Assembly: GCA_043228905.1 (NCBI GenBank)
Contig: JBHGNT010000016.1
Span: 9,982,001-10,046,000 of the forward strand
Reading direction: 5' to 3'
Origin: Azolla caroliniana
Lineage: Eukaryota > Plantae > Polypodiophyta
DNA: 64,000 nucleotides
In this document: one piece after another, positions 39,750 to 49,319 of the stretch
How the letters are laid out: every line of letters starts with the position of its first letter
Position numbering within the stretch: position 1 is the first letter of the stretch
The notes under the pieces: model-generated
What the model saw: only the letters and a program-made list of their open reading frames with translations
Database searches by the model: none
Told to the model about the DNA's origin: nothing
Position numbers and translations under genes: made by a program

Positions 39750-40022
39750 CAGTAGCGGCCCCTGAGTGTAGAGTGGCATAGAGAAGAGAACCCCGTCAGA
39801 TTGAACAACTCTTTGATGATGCTTGGAACGCACAATAGCAGCCCCTGAGTGTAGAGTGGCACAGAGAAGAGAACCCCGTCAGATTGAACAGCTCTTTGAT
39901 GATGCTTGGAACGCACAGTAGCGGCCCCTGAGTGTAGAGTGGCACAGAGAAGAGAACCCCGTCAGATTGAACAACTCTTTGATGATGCTTGGAAAGCATA
40001 GTAGCGGCCCTTGAGTGTAGAT
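39750..40022. repeat. Tandem array, about 3.3 x 83 bp, upstream of the transposase
   Basis: Unit cagtagcggcccctgagtgtagagtggca..agaaccccgtcagattgaaca..gatgatgcttggaacgca. Confidence 0.9.
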
Positions 40023-40730
40023 TGGCGGCAGGTGGACTCGATAGGGTTTAGCAACAGTGGTAGCAACTAACCCACAATACTCAACTAGAGATGGCCTACG
40101 TGATGTGGCAAAGGATCATGCATAATGGACCTAGGAATTTGATATATAATTTATGGTACACATTTATGGTGCACATATCAATTTATGTTGCACATTTATG
40201 GCACTTATTTACATATATAATTAAAACACTCTAGTATTTTCAATGGTAGTTTTTTGCATAGTTAATTTATTAATGATGGCTTTTTACTAAAATGACTATT
40301 TATCAATGGTAGCTTTTTGCATAGCTAATTAGCTATGTCAAGGACATAGCTAATTGTTTCCACTCGCATGCTTTCACCCAATTACCAAAAGCATTTGCAT
40401 GAGTATAAAAGTCTTATTCAAAGAAAGAGAAGAATATGGGTGTCATAACTAGACTCGAACCCATAACCTTTTGTTACACGGGTCGAGACTTTACCATTAG
40501 GTTATGAGTTGTAATTTGAAGGATATTATTTTCATTTAGGTTTTATTAGGAAATTGATGTATATTCCAGATTTCTCTGGAACATTCTAGAAACTTCAGGA
40601 GTATTCCTGAAGACACTATAAAAGGAGGCGCAAGGCATTAGTTCGAACCAAATCGGTTCAACGCCAGTCTTAAGCCTTCTAACTACTGTTGTATATCTTC
40701 CGTCATATAATACATATATCTTTCGCATCA

Positions 40731-40776
<46 letters not shown>

Positions 40777-40911
40777 ACTCATTCCTTCTCTCAAAGTTCG
40801 ACACCTCTCATAGTACTAATCCTTCTCTGTCTTAGTACTATTCCCCAACAATAGTACTAATCCTTCTTTTAGTACTAATTCCTTCTCTGCCTTAATAGAG
40901 TTCCTGACAGT

Positions 40912-40923
40912 TTGAACCGATTT
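40912..40923 (+). promoter_or_regulatory. Self-priming PBS
   Basis: TTGAACCGATTT is the exact reverse complement of AAATCGGTTCAA at 40650-40661, 33 nt downstream of TATAAAA (40617). Confidence 0.8.
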
Positions 40924-40997
40924 TCCCTACTAGTCTCCCTCTTCCTTCTGTCTCTCTCCTTTCCTACTAGTCTCTTATTTCCCTTTTCCTTCATCCC

Positions 40998-42167
40998 ATG
41001 GCCACCGTTAGCGCTGAAGAGTATCAATCCGTTTTCTCGGAATTTCAATGCTTGAAAGAGAAGTTTCATGCTTTGGAACAAGAAAATCAACGCTTGTTGG
41101 GGGATCTTCAGCAAATTTCCTTAGAAAAGCAGCAAACGCAACAACAGCATGGGGAACTTGCGTTACGCGTGCAACAACTCGAAGCAACCATCGTAGCAAT
41201 GCAACAACAAGGGCACGGAGCACAAGGGATTCATAAAGAACCCAAGATTGGCCTTCCCACGAAGTTCGATGGAACGCGATCGCAGTTTAGAGGGTTTCTT
41301 AACCAGGTACGGTTAGTTATTCAAATGCATCCGTCCCGATATCCCACCGATGCATCACGAGTGGGTTTAGTAGGCACGTTGTTAAATGGCTCAGCATTAG
41401 CATGGTTCGCTCCGCTACTAGAAAAGGAATCTCCAGTACTAAATAATTTTGAAGAATTCATAAGTGAGTTTAAAGCATGTTTTGGAGATACTGACAGCAT
41501 AAGGACTGCAATCAACAAAATCCGGCGATTACGCCAAGGTGACCGTCCAGCCTCCGCATATGCTGCAGATTTCCGCCTACTCGCCGCCGATATCCCCTGG
41601 GATGATCAAGCATTGATGGAGCAGTTCCGCTATGGTCTACGCAACGATGTCAAGGATTTACTCTTGACTTTCCCTGAAGAGCCAAAATCATTAACAGAAG
41701 CAATCAGTCGAGCGGTCAGATGTGACAACCGCCTCTTCGAGCGACGTTCGGAACGACAATTTCAGATGCCGAGGGCAAGATCCGAGCCTACCTATGCCTC
41801 AATGGTAGCGAAACCTTTTCAAAGGGAGTCACATAATGCGCCTCCAGTAAGTACTCCAACTCCAATGGAAATTGACACTACACGTCGTCGTGGGCCGCTA
41901 TCGGAGGAGGAAAAGCAACGACGCCGAACAAACCGATTATGCCTTTATTGCGGTGGACCAGGGCATATCGCGATAAACTGTCCCCATAGACCAAGAAGGC
42001 AGGTAAACCAAGTCATTGTTAGTTCTGACTATACTAAACCCGAGTCTATGTCAGTAGGAATCTCTGATAATCCTCATAGTCATAATAGTCCTAATAGTAC
42101 TAATAGTCCGAATCTCGCAAACAAATTTGATGTCCTTAGCCAATTAGAAGAAGAGTTAAACGACTAA
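40998..42167 (+). CDS. gag: Chromovirus Gag (capsid plus CCHC zinc knuckle)
   Basis: EPKIGLPTKFDG, LRQG..ASAYAADF, PTPMEID, CLYCGGPGHIAINC. Confidence 0.95.
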   Translation: MATVSAEEYQSVFSEFQCLKEKFHALEQENQRLLGDLQQISLEKQQTQQQHGELALRVQQLEATIVAMQQQGHGAQGIHKEPKIGLPTKFDGTRSQFRGFLNQVRLVIQMHPSRYPTDASRVGLVGTLLNGSALAWFAPLLEKESPVLNNFEEFISEFKACFGDTDSIRTAINKIRRLRQGDRPASAYAADFRLLAADIPWDDQALMEQFRYGLRNDVKDLLLTFPEEPKSLTEAISRAVRCDNRLFERRSERQFQMPRARSEPTYASMVAKPFQRESHNAPPVSTPTPMEIDTTRRRGPLSEEEKQRRRTNRLCLYCGGPGHIAINCPHRPRRQVNQVIVSSDYTKPESMSVGISDNPHSHNSPNSTNSPNLANKFDVLSQLEEELND

Positions 42168-42207
42168 GTCCAGCCAAAATAGGAGCCGTTTGGTTGGACA
42201 GCCCTAG
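42155..42207 (+). promoter_or_regulatory. -1 frameshift signal: G TTA AAC plus stem-loop/pseudoknot
   Basis: Slippery heptamer 42155-42161, 6-nt spacer, 11-bp stem GTCCAGCCAAA/TTTGGTTGGAC. pol is in the -1 frame. Confidence 0.8.
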
Positions 42208-45200
42208 ATCTGTGCAGCCCATTAGTGGTTCCATTCCCTCTAAGCAAGTTAGTGATGTGTTCGTAGTCCAAGTAGCAGTTAGTACTAAAAGTACCCCTCC
42301 AGTACATACCTTAGCCCTTCTAGATTCCGGAGCTAATTCTTGCTTCATGGATAGGAATTTTGCCCGAGCTCATCAGATATCTCTCAGAAAGCTCCCATGT
42401 CCAGCCTCAGTAGTAGTCATTGATGGTCGTCCCATTGCTTCTGGTAATATCATAGAAGAGTCGGAACCCGTTAATATTGTCCTAGATAACTTAACATGTG
42501 TAGTATCATTTAATATTATTAGTATTCCAGAACATCCCATAGTTTTAGGATTACCATGGTTCGAGTTACATGACCCAGACATAGATTGGAGGACAAGGGA
42601 AATCCGGTTGCGACAAACCCAAGGATCTACCCAGAAGGTTGCAACCATTTCGCTACGTCAGTTGCGTGAGGAAGGGCGCAAGGAGGAAATGTTTCTCTTT
42701 GCAATATCAGTACAACCCTCCAGCACCACCAAAGAGGAGTCCACCGTTCAACTTCCCGAGAAGTATCGTCAGTATGCTGATGTGTTCGATAAAGTACAAG
42801 CCAACACACTTCCTCATCATCGGCCGTACGACTGCGCCATCGACTTACAACCGGGAAAAGAGCCGCCATGGGGGCCGATCTACAATTTGTCACCAACCGA
42901 GCTAGAAGTCCTTCGAGCCTATATAGAGGAGAATTTGGAGAACGGTTTCATTCGGCATTCGAAATCTCCAGCCGGCGCACCCATTTTCTTCGTCAAGAAA
43001 AAAGATGGCTCGCTTCGACTCGTTGTAGATTACCGTGGCTTGAATAAGGTCACAGTAAGAAATAGGTATGCTCTTCCCCTTATCTCAAGTCTTTTAGAAC
43101 GGATCAACGGTGCCAGGTTCTTCACGAAGATCGACTTACGAGGAGCCTATAACCTCGTACGGATCCGACCAGGAGATGAATGGAAGACCGCGTTTCGCAC
43201 CAGATATGGGCACTTCGAGTATACGGTCATGCCGTTCGGACTCACTAATGCGCCGGCAGTCTTCCAGCACATGGCGAATGATATATTTCGAGACCTCTTG
43301 GATGATTTTTTGATCATCTATTTGGATGATCTACTGGTTTATTCAAAGACCCAAGAAGAACATGATTCTCATGTACTATTAGTACTAAAACGACTTCGAG
43401 AACATGGTCTGTATGCAAAGTTAGAGAAATGTAGTTTCGGGTGCAACCAAGTGGAGTTTCTCGGCTATGTCATCTCCTCAGAAGGCATATCTATGGACCC
43501 AGCCAAGGTCAAAACGGTGATAGAATGGCACACTCCGCGTTCGGTGCGGGATGTGCAATGCTTCCTAGGCTTTGCAAATTTCTACCGGAAGTTCATACAA
43601 AATTACTCAAAAATTGTGCTGCCTCTCACACAGCTCACCAGGAAGGGACAATCATTCATTTGGTCTAAAGAGACGGACATGGCTTTCGAGAGTCTTAAGA
43701 AGGCGTTTACATCAGCTCCAATTTTAGGTCATGTGGATCCGGAAAAACCATTCATTATCGAAGCTGATGCATCGGATTTCGCATTGGGGAGCATTCTGTC
43801 ACAACAGGGTAACGACGAGAAGCTACATCCTGTGGCTTTCCACTCCCGTAAGTTTGACGCCGCCGAAATCAACTACGAAATTCATGATAAAGAGCTATTA
43901 GCAATAGTTGATTCTTTTATGCAATGGAGGCATTTCCTGGAGGGATCTCCTCATCAGGTCACTGTATTCAGTGACCACAAGAACCTTGCCTACTTTCAAG
44001 ATGCTCGTGTACTGAATCGACGTCAAGCTCGGTGGGCCCATTTCCTCACACGCTTCGACTTCAAAATTACATATCGTCCGGGGAAGCACCAAGGGAAGGC
44101 AGATGCATTATCACGGCGTTCGTATCTAACACCACGTCCCGGTGAGCCAGCTTTCGATAACCAGAAGCAAGTAATCTTGGGTCCAGCACGACTGCAAGCA
44201 GCACAGATCTTTGACATGCCCGTGGATTCCGACATTACCAATACTATACGTGAGGACTTGAAGACTGACGCTTTCGCCCAAGCTATACTAGCACAAATTG
44301 ACCCCTCTCGAGCGTCATGTTCACAATCACAATCACCAGGTACGGATTATCGGCAATTCAAATACTGTGATGGATTACTCTTCTTTAAAGAACTTTTGTA
44401 TGTTCCTAATGGTTCTTGCCGCCTTCGAGTAGTACAAAACTGCCATGACACATATACAGCAGGACATTTTGGTAGTACTAAAACATTAGATTTAGTACAA
44501 CGATCATTCTGGTGGCCCCGTATGCGACAATTTGTCGAAGATTTTGTTCGGACTTGCGATACATGCTGCAGAGCGAAAATGCCAAGACATCATCCATATG
44601 GTTTATTAGAACCATTACCAATTCCAAGCAAGCCATGGCAATCCATTGCTCTTGACTTCATTACAGATCTTCCAGTCTCTAAGGGATTCAGTGCGATTCT
44701 CACAGTGGTGGATCGATATACGAAGATGGCTCATTTCTTACCATGTACTAAAGAAATATCTAGTGAAGACACCGCCGAAATTGTCATGCGGGAAGTATGT
44801 CGGCATCATGGACTCCCTGATAATATCATCAGCGATCGTGGACCCCAGTTTGTGTCAAAATTCTGGAAGCACCTTTTTAAAATGCTGAAGGTCACTTGTA
44901 ACCTCTCCTCCGGCTACCACCCACAAACCGACGGTCAAGCCGAACGAACAAATCAAACACTGGAGCAGTATCTGCGGTGCTTTCTCAACTATCATCAGAA
45001 TGACTGGGCAGATATTCTTCCGTTCGCCGAATTTGCCTATAATAACGCTATCCACGCATCGACTAAAGTCACGCCATTCTACGCTTATACGGGATATCAT
45101 CCCCGGTGGTGTGTCCTTGAAACCCCAGAAGTGTCCACAAATCCTTGCGCGGAGGATCGTTTGGAGCGGTTACGCAAGATACAAGCGGATTTATCTACTC

Positions 45201-45751
45201 AACTCCAGCAAGCTCAACAATCACACAAGGACTACGCAGATCGTCATCGACTTCCATCCAGTTTTAACATTGGAGATCGGGTGTGGCTGCTACGACGACA
45301 CATCAAGACTACTCGCCCATGTGAGAAGTTGGATTATCGACGATTAGGTCCTTTCCGTATTATCGGGAAGATTAATGATGTCGCTTTTCGTCTCGAGCTA
45401 CCTCCGCAACTTCGGATACACCCGGTGTTTCATAGTTCTCTCCTCGAACCCTATCACGAGAGCACTATCCCAGGACGTACTATACAACCTCCACCTCCTA
45501 TCGAGCTCGAAGATGGACCTGAGTATGAGGTCGCTGCCATCCTCGATTCCAAGATTGTTCGCAACAAGCTCTACTATCTAGTCGATTGGCTAGGATATAG
45601 TCCCAGCGAGCGTACTTGGGAACCGATCGAGAATGTGACCAATGCTCGTGCTCTTCTAGAAGACTTCCATCGACGATATCCCGAGAAACCGGGTCCTCAA
45701 TCCAAAACGACTCGTGAAACTCGTCGTTTTAAAGGGGGGATAGTGTCATAA
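42155..45751 (+). CDS. pol: Chromovirus Pol (PR-RT-RNase H-INT-chromodomain), probably expressed as a Gag-Pol fusion
   Basis: LLDSGA, YLDD, EADASD, H..GHFG..CDTC, DFITDL/SDRG/TDGQAE, GPF, YLVDWLGY..TWEP. The ORF runs a few codons into the 3' LTR. Confidence 0.97.
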   Translation, partial: VKRLSPAKIGAVWLDSPRSVQPISGSIPSKQVSDVFVVQVAVSTKSTPPVHTLALLDSGANSCFMDRNFARAHQISLRKLPCPASVVVIDGRPIASGNIIEESEPVNIVLDNLTCVVSFNIISIPEHPIVLGLPWFELHDPDIDWRTREIRLRQTQGSTQKVATISLRQLREEGRKEEMFLFAISVQPSSTTKEESTVQLPEKYRQYADVFDKVQANTLPHHRPYDCAIDLQPGKEPPWGPIYNLSPTELEVLRAYIEENLENGFIRHSKSPAGAPIFFVKKKDGSLRLVVDYRGLNKVTVRNRYALPLISSLLERINGARFFTKIDLRGAYNLVRIRPGDEWKTAFRTRYGHFEYTVMPFGLTNAPAVFQHMANDIFRDLLDDFLIIYLDDLLVYSKTQEEHDSHVLLVLKRLREHGLYAKLEKCSFGCNQVEFLGYVISSEGISMDPAKVKTVIEWHTPRSVRDVQCFLGFANFYRKFIQNYSKIVLPLTQLTRKGQSFIWSKETDMAFESLKKAFTSAPILGHVDPEKPFIIEADASDFALGSILSQQGNDEKLHPVAFHSRKFDAAEINYEIHDKELLAIVDSFMQWRHFLEGSPHQVTVFSDHKNLAYFQDARVLNRRQARWAHFLTRFDFKITYRPGKHQGKADALSRRSYLTPRPGEPAFDNQKQVILGPARLQAAQIFDMPVDSDITNTIREDLKTDAFAQAILAQIDPSRASCSQSQSPGTDYRQFKYCDGLLFFKELLYVPNGSCRLRVVQNCHDTYTAGHFGSTKTLDLVQRSFWWPRMRQFVEDFVRTCDTCCRAKMPRHHPYGLLEPLPIPSKPWQSIALDFITDLPVSKGFSAILTVVDRYTKMAHFLPCTKEISSEDTAEIVMREVCRHHGLPDNIISDRGPQFVSKFWKHLFKMLKVTCNLSSGYHPQTDGQAERTNQTLEQYLRCFLNYHQNDWADILPFAEFAYNNAIHASTKVTPFYAYTGYHPRWCVLETPEVSTNPCAEDRLERLRKIQADLSTQLQQAQQSHKDYADRHRLPSSFNIGDRVWLLRRHIKTTRPCEKLDYRRLGPFRIIGKINDVAFRLELPPQLRIHPVFHSSLLEPYHESTIPGRTIQPPPPIELEDGPEYEVAAILDSKIVRNKLYYLVDWLGYSPSERTWEPIENVTNARALLEDFHRRYPEKPGPQSKTTRETRRFKGGIVS

Positions 45752-46033
45752 CTAGACTCGAACCCATAACCTTTTGTTACACGGGTCGAGACTTTACCAT
45801 TAGGTTATGAGTTGTAATTTGAAGGATATTATTTTCATTTAGGTTTTATTAGGAAATTGATGTATATTCCAGATTTCTCTGGAACATTCTAGAAACTTCA
45901 GGAGTATTCCTGAAGACACTATAAAAGGAGGCGCAAGGCATTAGTTCGAACCAAATCGGTTCAACGCCAGTCTTAAGCCTTCTAACTACTGTTGTATATC
46001 TTCCGTCATATAATACATATATCTTTCGCATCA

Positions 46034-46087
<54 letters not shown>

Positions 46088-46220
46088 ACTCATTCCTTCT
46101 CTCAAAGTTCGACACCTCTCATAGTACTAATCCTTCTCTGTCTTAGTACTATTCCCCAACAATAGTACTAATCCTTCTTTTAGTACTAATTCCTTCTCTG
46201 CCTTAATAGAGTTCCTGACA

Positions 46221-47935
46221 ATGGGAAGCTACTCAACAATTTATCCAAACGCAAGAGAAAGAACATGCATGTGCTAAATTTTGGGGAAATCTAAAGGGAA
46301 AACGTGTTAAGAGTTATGGTGACTTAACTCTTCACGACTTGTCTATGCATTGTAAGAATTTATATGAGTTATCTCTTGCTGGAAAGATGATGTGTTATGG
46401 TTCTCTTTCACATATGCCTCCTTTCTTTACAATTGAAGATATATGCATAGGACTTAAGAAATTGGCCTCTCGAAAGGCAAGCGATCTTTAATGTATAAAG
46501 GCTAAAATGCTCAAATGGACAGGAAAGGAAGCACATATATGGATAAGTGATATGTTTATGATGCATTGCAACATGGTATGCCATACGATTGGACTACAAA
46601 TTGGATCAAACCTTTACATAAAGGTGGAGATATAAATAATGTAAACAACTATCGAACCATCATGGTTGGCTTATTAATGGCAAAACTATTTGGATGTATA
46701 ATGGAATCAAAGATAAGTGTATGGGCTAAAAAAAGTGGTAAGAGAACCTATGGACAAGCTGGCTTTCGGAAACACCATAGCACCATTGATCACCTTATCA
46801 CCCTTCGAGTATTAATGGAGGAAAGTCGCCTTAGAGGTAAAGGTTTATATTGTTGCTTTGTAGACTTCAAGAAAGCTTTTGATATGGTACCTCGTGAGCA
46901 TCTTTGGAGGTGAATGGAAGAACTTGAGGTGCCAAGTGAATATATGCTTGCAATTTCCCGAATTTATGAGAAGGTTATATGTTGTGTGCGCATGAGAGAT
47001 AAACTTTCAGATTTTTTCAAAAGCACTATTGGTGTTAAGCAAGGATGCCCACTCTCACCAACACTATTTGGTCTATGCATTGATGAATTGGAAGACATGG
47101 TTACCAAGTTTGCAAAGGAAGAATGTGTTGAAGTAGTTGATGTAGTGCTTTTTGCAAATACTTTAGGAGATGCACAAAAGCTTATGAAGGCATTGGAAAA
47201 TTTTTGCATGCATACTAAATTAAGTGTCAATAGCTCTAAAACAAAGATTATGCTTGTGAAGAGCCAAAAAAGAGATAAACCATGCATTATGTACAACAAT
47301 GAGCCACTTGAATGTGTGGAAAGCTTCAAATATCTTGGCCTTGAAGTTCCTTCAAATCATAGATGGAATGAATGTGCTACACGCCGCTTAGAGGTGGGTA
47401 AGTGAGCATATTATGCATTTGAGAACACATGCAATCTTGGAGATATTAAGTGTTGGGTCCTCAAGAAATATCTTTTCGACACTTTGGTTACACTGGTCTT
47501 CTCTATGGGGTGGAAGTATGGGGCGGTAGCATCCCTAAATCTATGTGGAAAGAGTTTGAAAATGTCCAAAAACATTTTCTTACCAAGCTTCTACAAGTTA
47601 AGAAACAAACGTCGTACACCCTCCTCCTCCTTGAGACGGGATCGCTGCCATTGAGATCATGGCCATGGAAAGGGTTGTTGAATACATGCTTAAGGTTCAA
47701 AAAAGTCCCTCNNNNNNNNNNNNNNNNNNNNNNNNNNNNNNNNNNNNNNNNNNNNNNNNNNNNNNNNNNNNNNNNNNNNNNNNNNNNNNNNNNNNNNNNN
47801 NNNNNNNNNNNAGCAGTGGTATCACGCAGAGTACTTCACAACTACAATGTGCACTCTCGATTGCAACATTCATTGGTAAAGTTCTTGAACATCGAGAGTC
47901 ACTACTCACTTTCACACGTATCACGTGAAATGTAA
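46221..47935 (+). pseudogene. LINE-B ORF2 RT and C-terminus (decayed, contains gap)
   Basis: NYRTIMVG, QAGFRK, FVDFKKAFD, GVKQGCPLSPTLF, FKYLG. YADD region partly deleted. Confidence 0.85.
47712..47811. other. Assembly gap (100 N)
   Basis: Run of N. Confidence 1.
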
Positions 47936-48509
47936 TATTTTTGGTCTCATACGTCATATTTGATCTATCTATCTATCTCTCTCTCTCTGTTTTGACCGTT
48001 ACGCGGCCGTCATCTGCTGCCGCCGTCGTCTGCAAGCCGCGCCGCCCTGCCTGTCGCCGCCGTCTGCTGCTGTCGACGACGCCCGCCTGTTGTCGCTGCT
48101 GCTGCTGACGCCGCCGTCGCCTGCTGCCGTCGTCGCCGTCGTCTGCCGGACTGTTTGCCGCCGTCTGCTGCCGCCGTCTCTGTCGTCTGTCGACGGTCGT
48201 CGTCGTCTGCTGCCGCCGTCTGCCGTCTGCCGTCTGCCGACTGTCGCTGTCTGCCGTCACCGTCACCGTTGCCATCTTCTTTCGTCCTACCGTCGTTCTT
48301 GGCGTGTTGTTTGCCGATTGTCGCCGTCCTCGATTCTTGGCGACTTTTATCGTGTGTAGTCGTTGCCCTTCATCGTGGTACTTCACTTACCGGACGACGT
48401 CACCGGCTGAAACAAGCATACATGTGCTTCTACACTCATATCTAGCGCGAAAGACGTCGATGCTCGGCTAAGTTTTTTCTGTCCTTTTGTCTTTTTCTTT
48501 CTTTATCTT

Positions 48510-49313
48510 TTGAATTACAAGATGACTTCTCGACGAAACCATAAGGAAACAAACGAAGAAATTATAAGTAAGGAAGATTTTTTAGATGTCCTTAACCGGT
48601 TCATTAAAATGGAAAAATGGGTGAAAGAAATTGAAGCTGAAAAACAAAAAGACAAGGAAGAAAGAGAATTGCTTATTGCTGAAGTAGCGAAACTTAAGGT
48701 AGATAACGTAAACCTTCGAAAACGAATTAAGGACCTTGAAACATCTAGGGAAGATGGTGAAATATCTTCTCTAGAGGATATTAAGGACGAGATAAAAAAA
48801 GTTAAAGAAGAGGTTAAAAGTGATATGGAACTAACAAAAACTGGGTGGGTTGATGTAGTAAAACGTAATATTAAAAAAGAACTAAAGGACGAAAATATTG
48901 TAAACACTACCCTCGAGGAGGAAAAAATGTGTCAAGCTCGACGCCTAAATGTACGAGTTACTGGGCTCAAGGAAGGGGCATCTCCCGACGAAGATACACA
49001 AACCTTGGGTAAAATGTTGGGATATGAAGCCCTACCAATCACTAAAACTTGGAGGGTAGGGCGTGACACCACTAGGAAAAGAGCTTTAGTTCTTCAATTT
49101 AAGGACTCGGAATCTAGAATCGCCTTTTTTAAAAAGAGACCAATTCTTCGAGGATTGGGCGGGGAGCCCATCTACCTCGATGAAGACTTGACCAAGATGC
49201 AAATTGAGCATCGTAAAACTTGTATGCCGCGAGTCATACAAGCTCGTAAAGAGGGGCATCGTGCCTTCTACCGAGACGGACGGGTCATAATAAATGATCG
49301 CGCTGCCAATTGA
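48510..49313 (+). CDS. LINE-A ORF1 (coiled coil plus RRM-like)
   Basis: RRLNVRVTGLKEG..RALVLQF..IYLDEDLT. First ATG is at 48522. Confidence 0.85.
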   Translation: MNYKMTSRRNHKETNEEIISKEDFLDVLNRFIKMEKWVKEIEAEKQKDKEERELLIAEVAKLKVDNVNLRKRIKDLETSREDGEISSLEDIKDEIKKVKEEVKSDMELTKTGWVDVVKRNIKKELKDENIVNTTLEEEKMCQARRLNVRVTGLKEGASPDEDTQTLGKMLGYEALPITKTWRVGRDTTRKRALVLQFKDSESRIAFFKKRPILRGLGGEPIYLDEDLTKMQIEHRKTCMPRVIQARKEGHRAFYRDGRVIINDRAAN

Positions 49314-49319
49314 CGGCGT

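Larger units (their letters stand above)
30592..40371. mobile_element. 9.8-kb TIR DNA transposon, Sola2-like, with two convergent spliced genes
   Basis: Perfect inverted ends GCATGCGAGTGGAAACA / TGTTTCCACTCGCATGC. LINE ORF2 rejoins in frame across the insertion. Internal transposase present. Superfamily call is from motif recall. Confidence 0.85.
40441..46220 (+). mobile_element. Intact, very young chromovirus (Ty3/gypsy, Tcn1/sushi-like)
   Basis: LTRs 40441-40909 and 45744-46220 appear identical by eye except CT-tract length. TG..CA ends, TSD ATGGG, PPT aaaggggggatag, uninterrupted gag and pol. Confidence 0.97.
28301..47978 (+). mobile_element. LINE-B: APE-RT non-LTR retrotransposon (RTEX-like), interrupted twice and spanning the gap
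   Basis: ORF1 28564-29445. ORF2 pieces 29452-30591, 40372-40440, 46221-47935. (ATCT)n tail 47963-47978. Assigning the post-gap piece to this copy is inference. Confidence 0.8.

Noticed and set aside
40441-40510. Functional tRNA gene
   Set aside because: No convincing acceptor or anticodon stems. Only the promoter boxes are tRNA-like, and the same holds at 19856-19920.
47973-48445. Arg/Gln-rich ORFs
   Set aside because: Translations of the low-complexity LINE-A 5' UTR.
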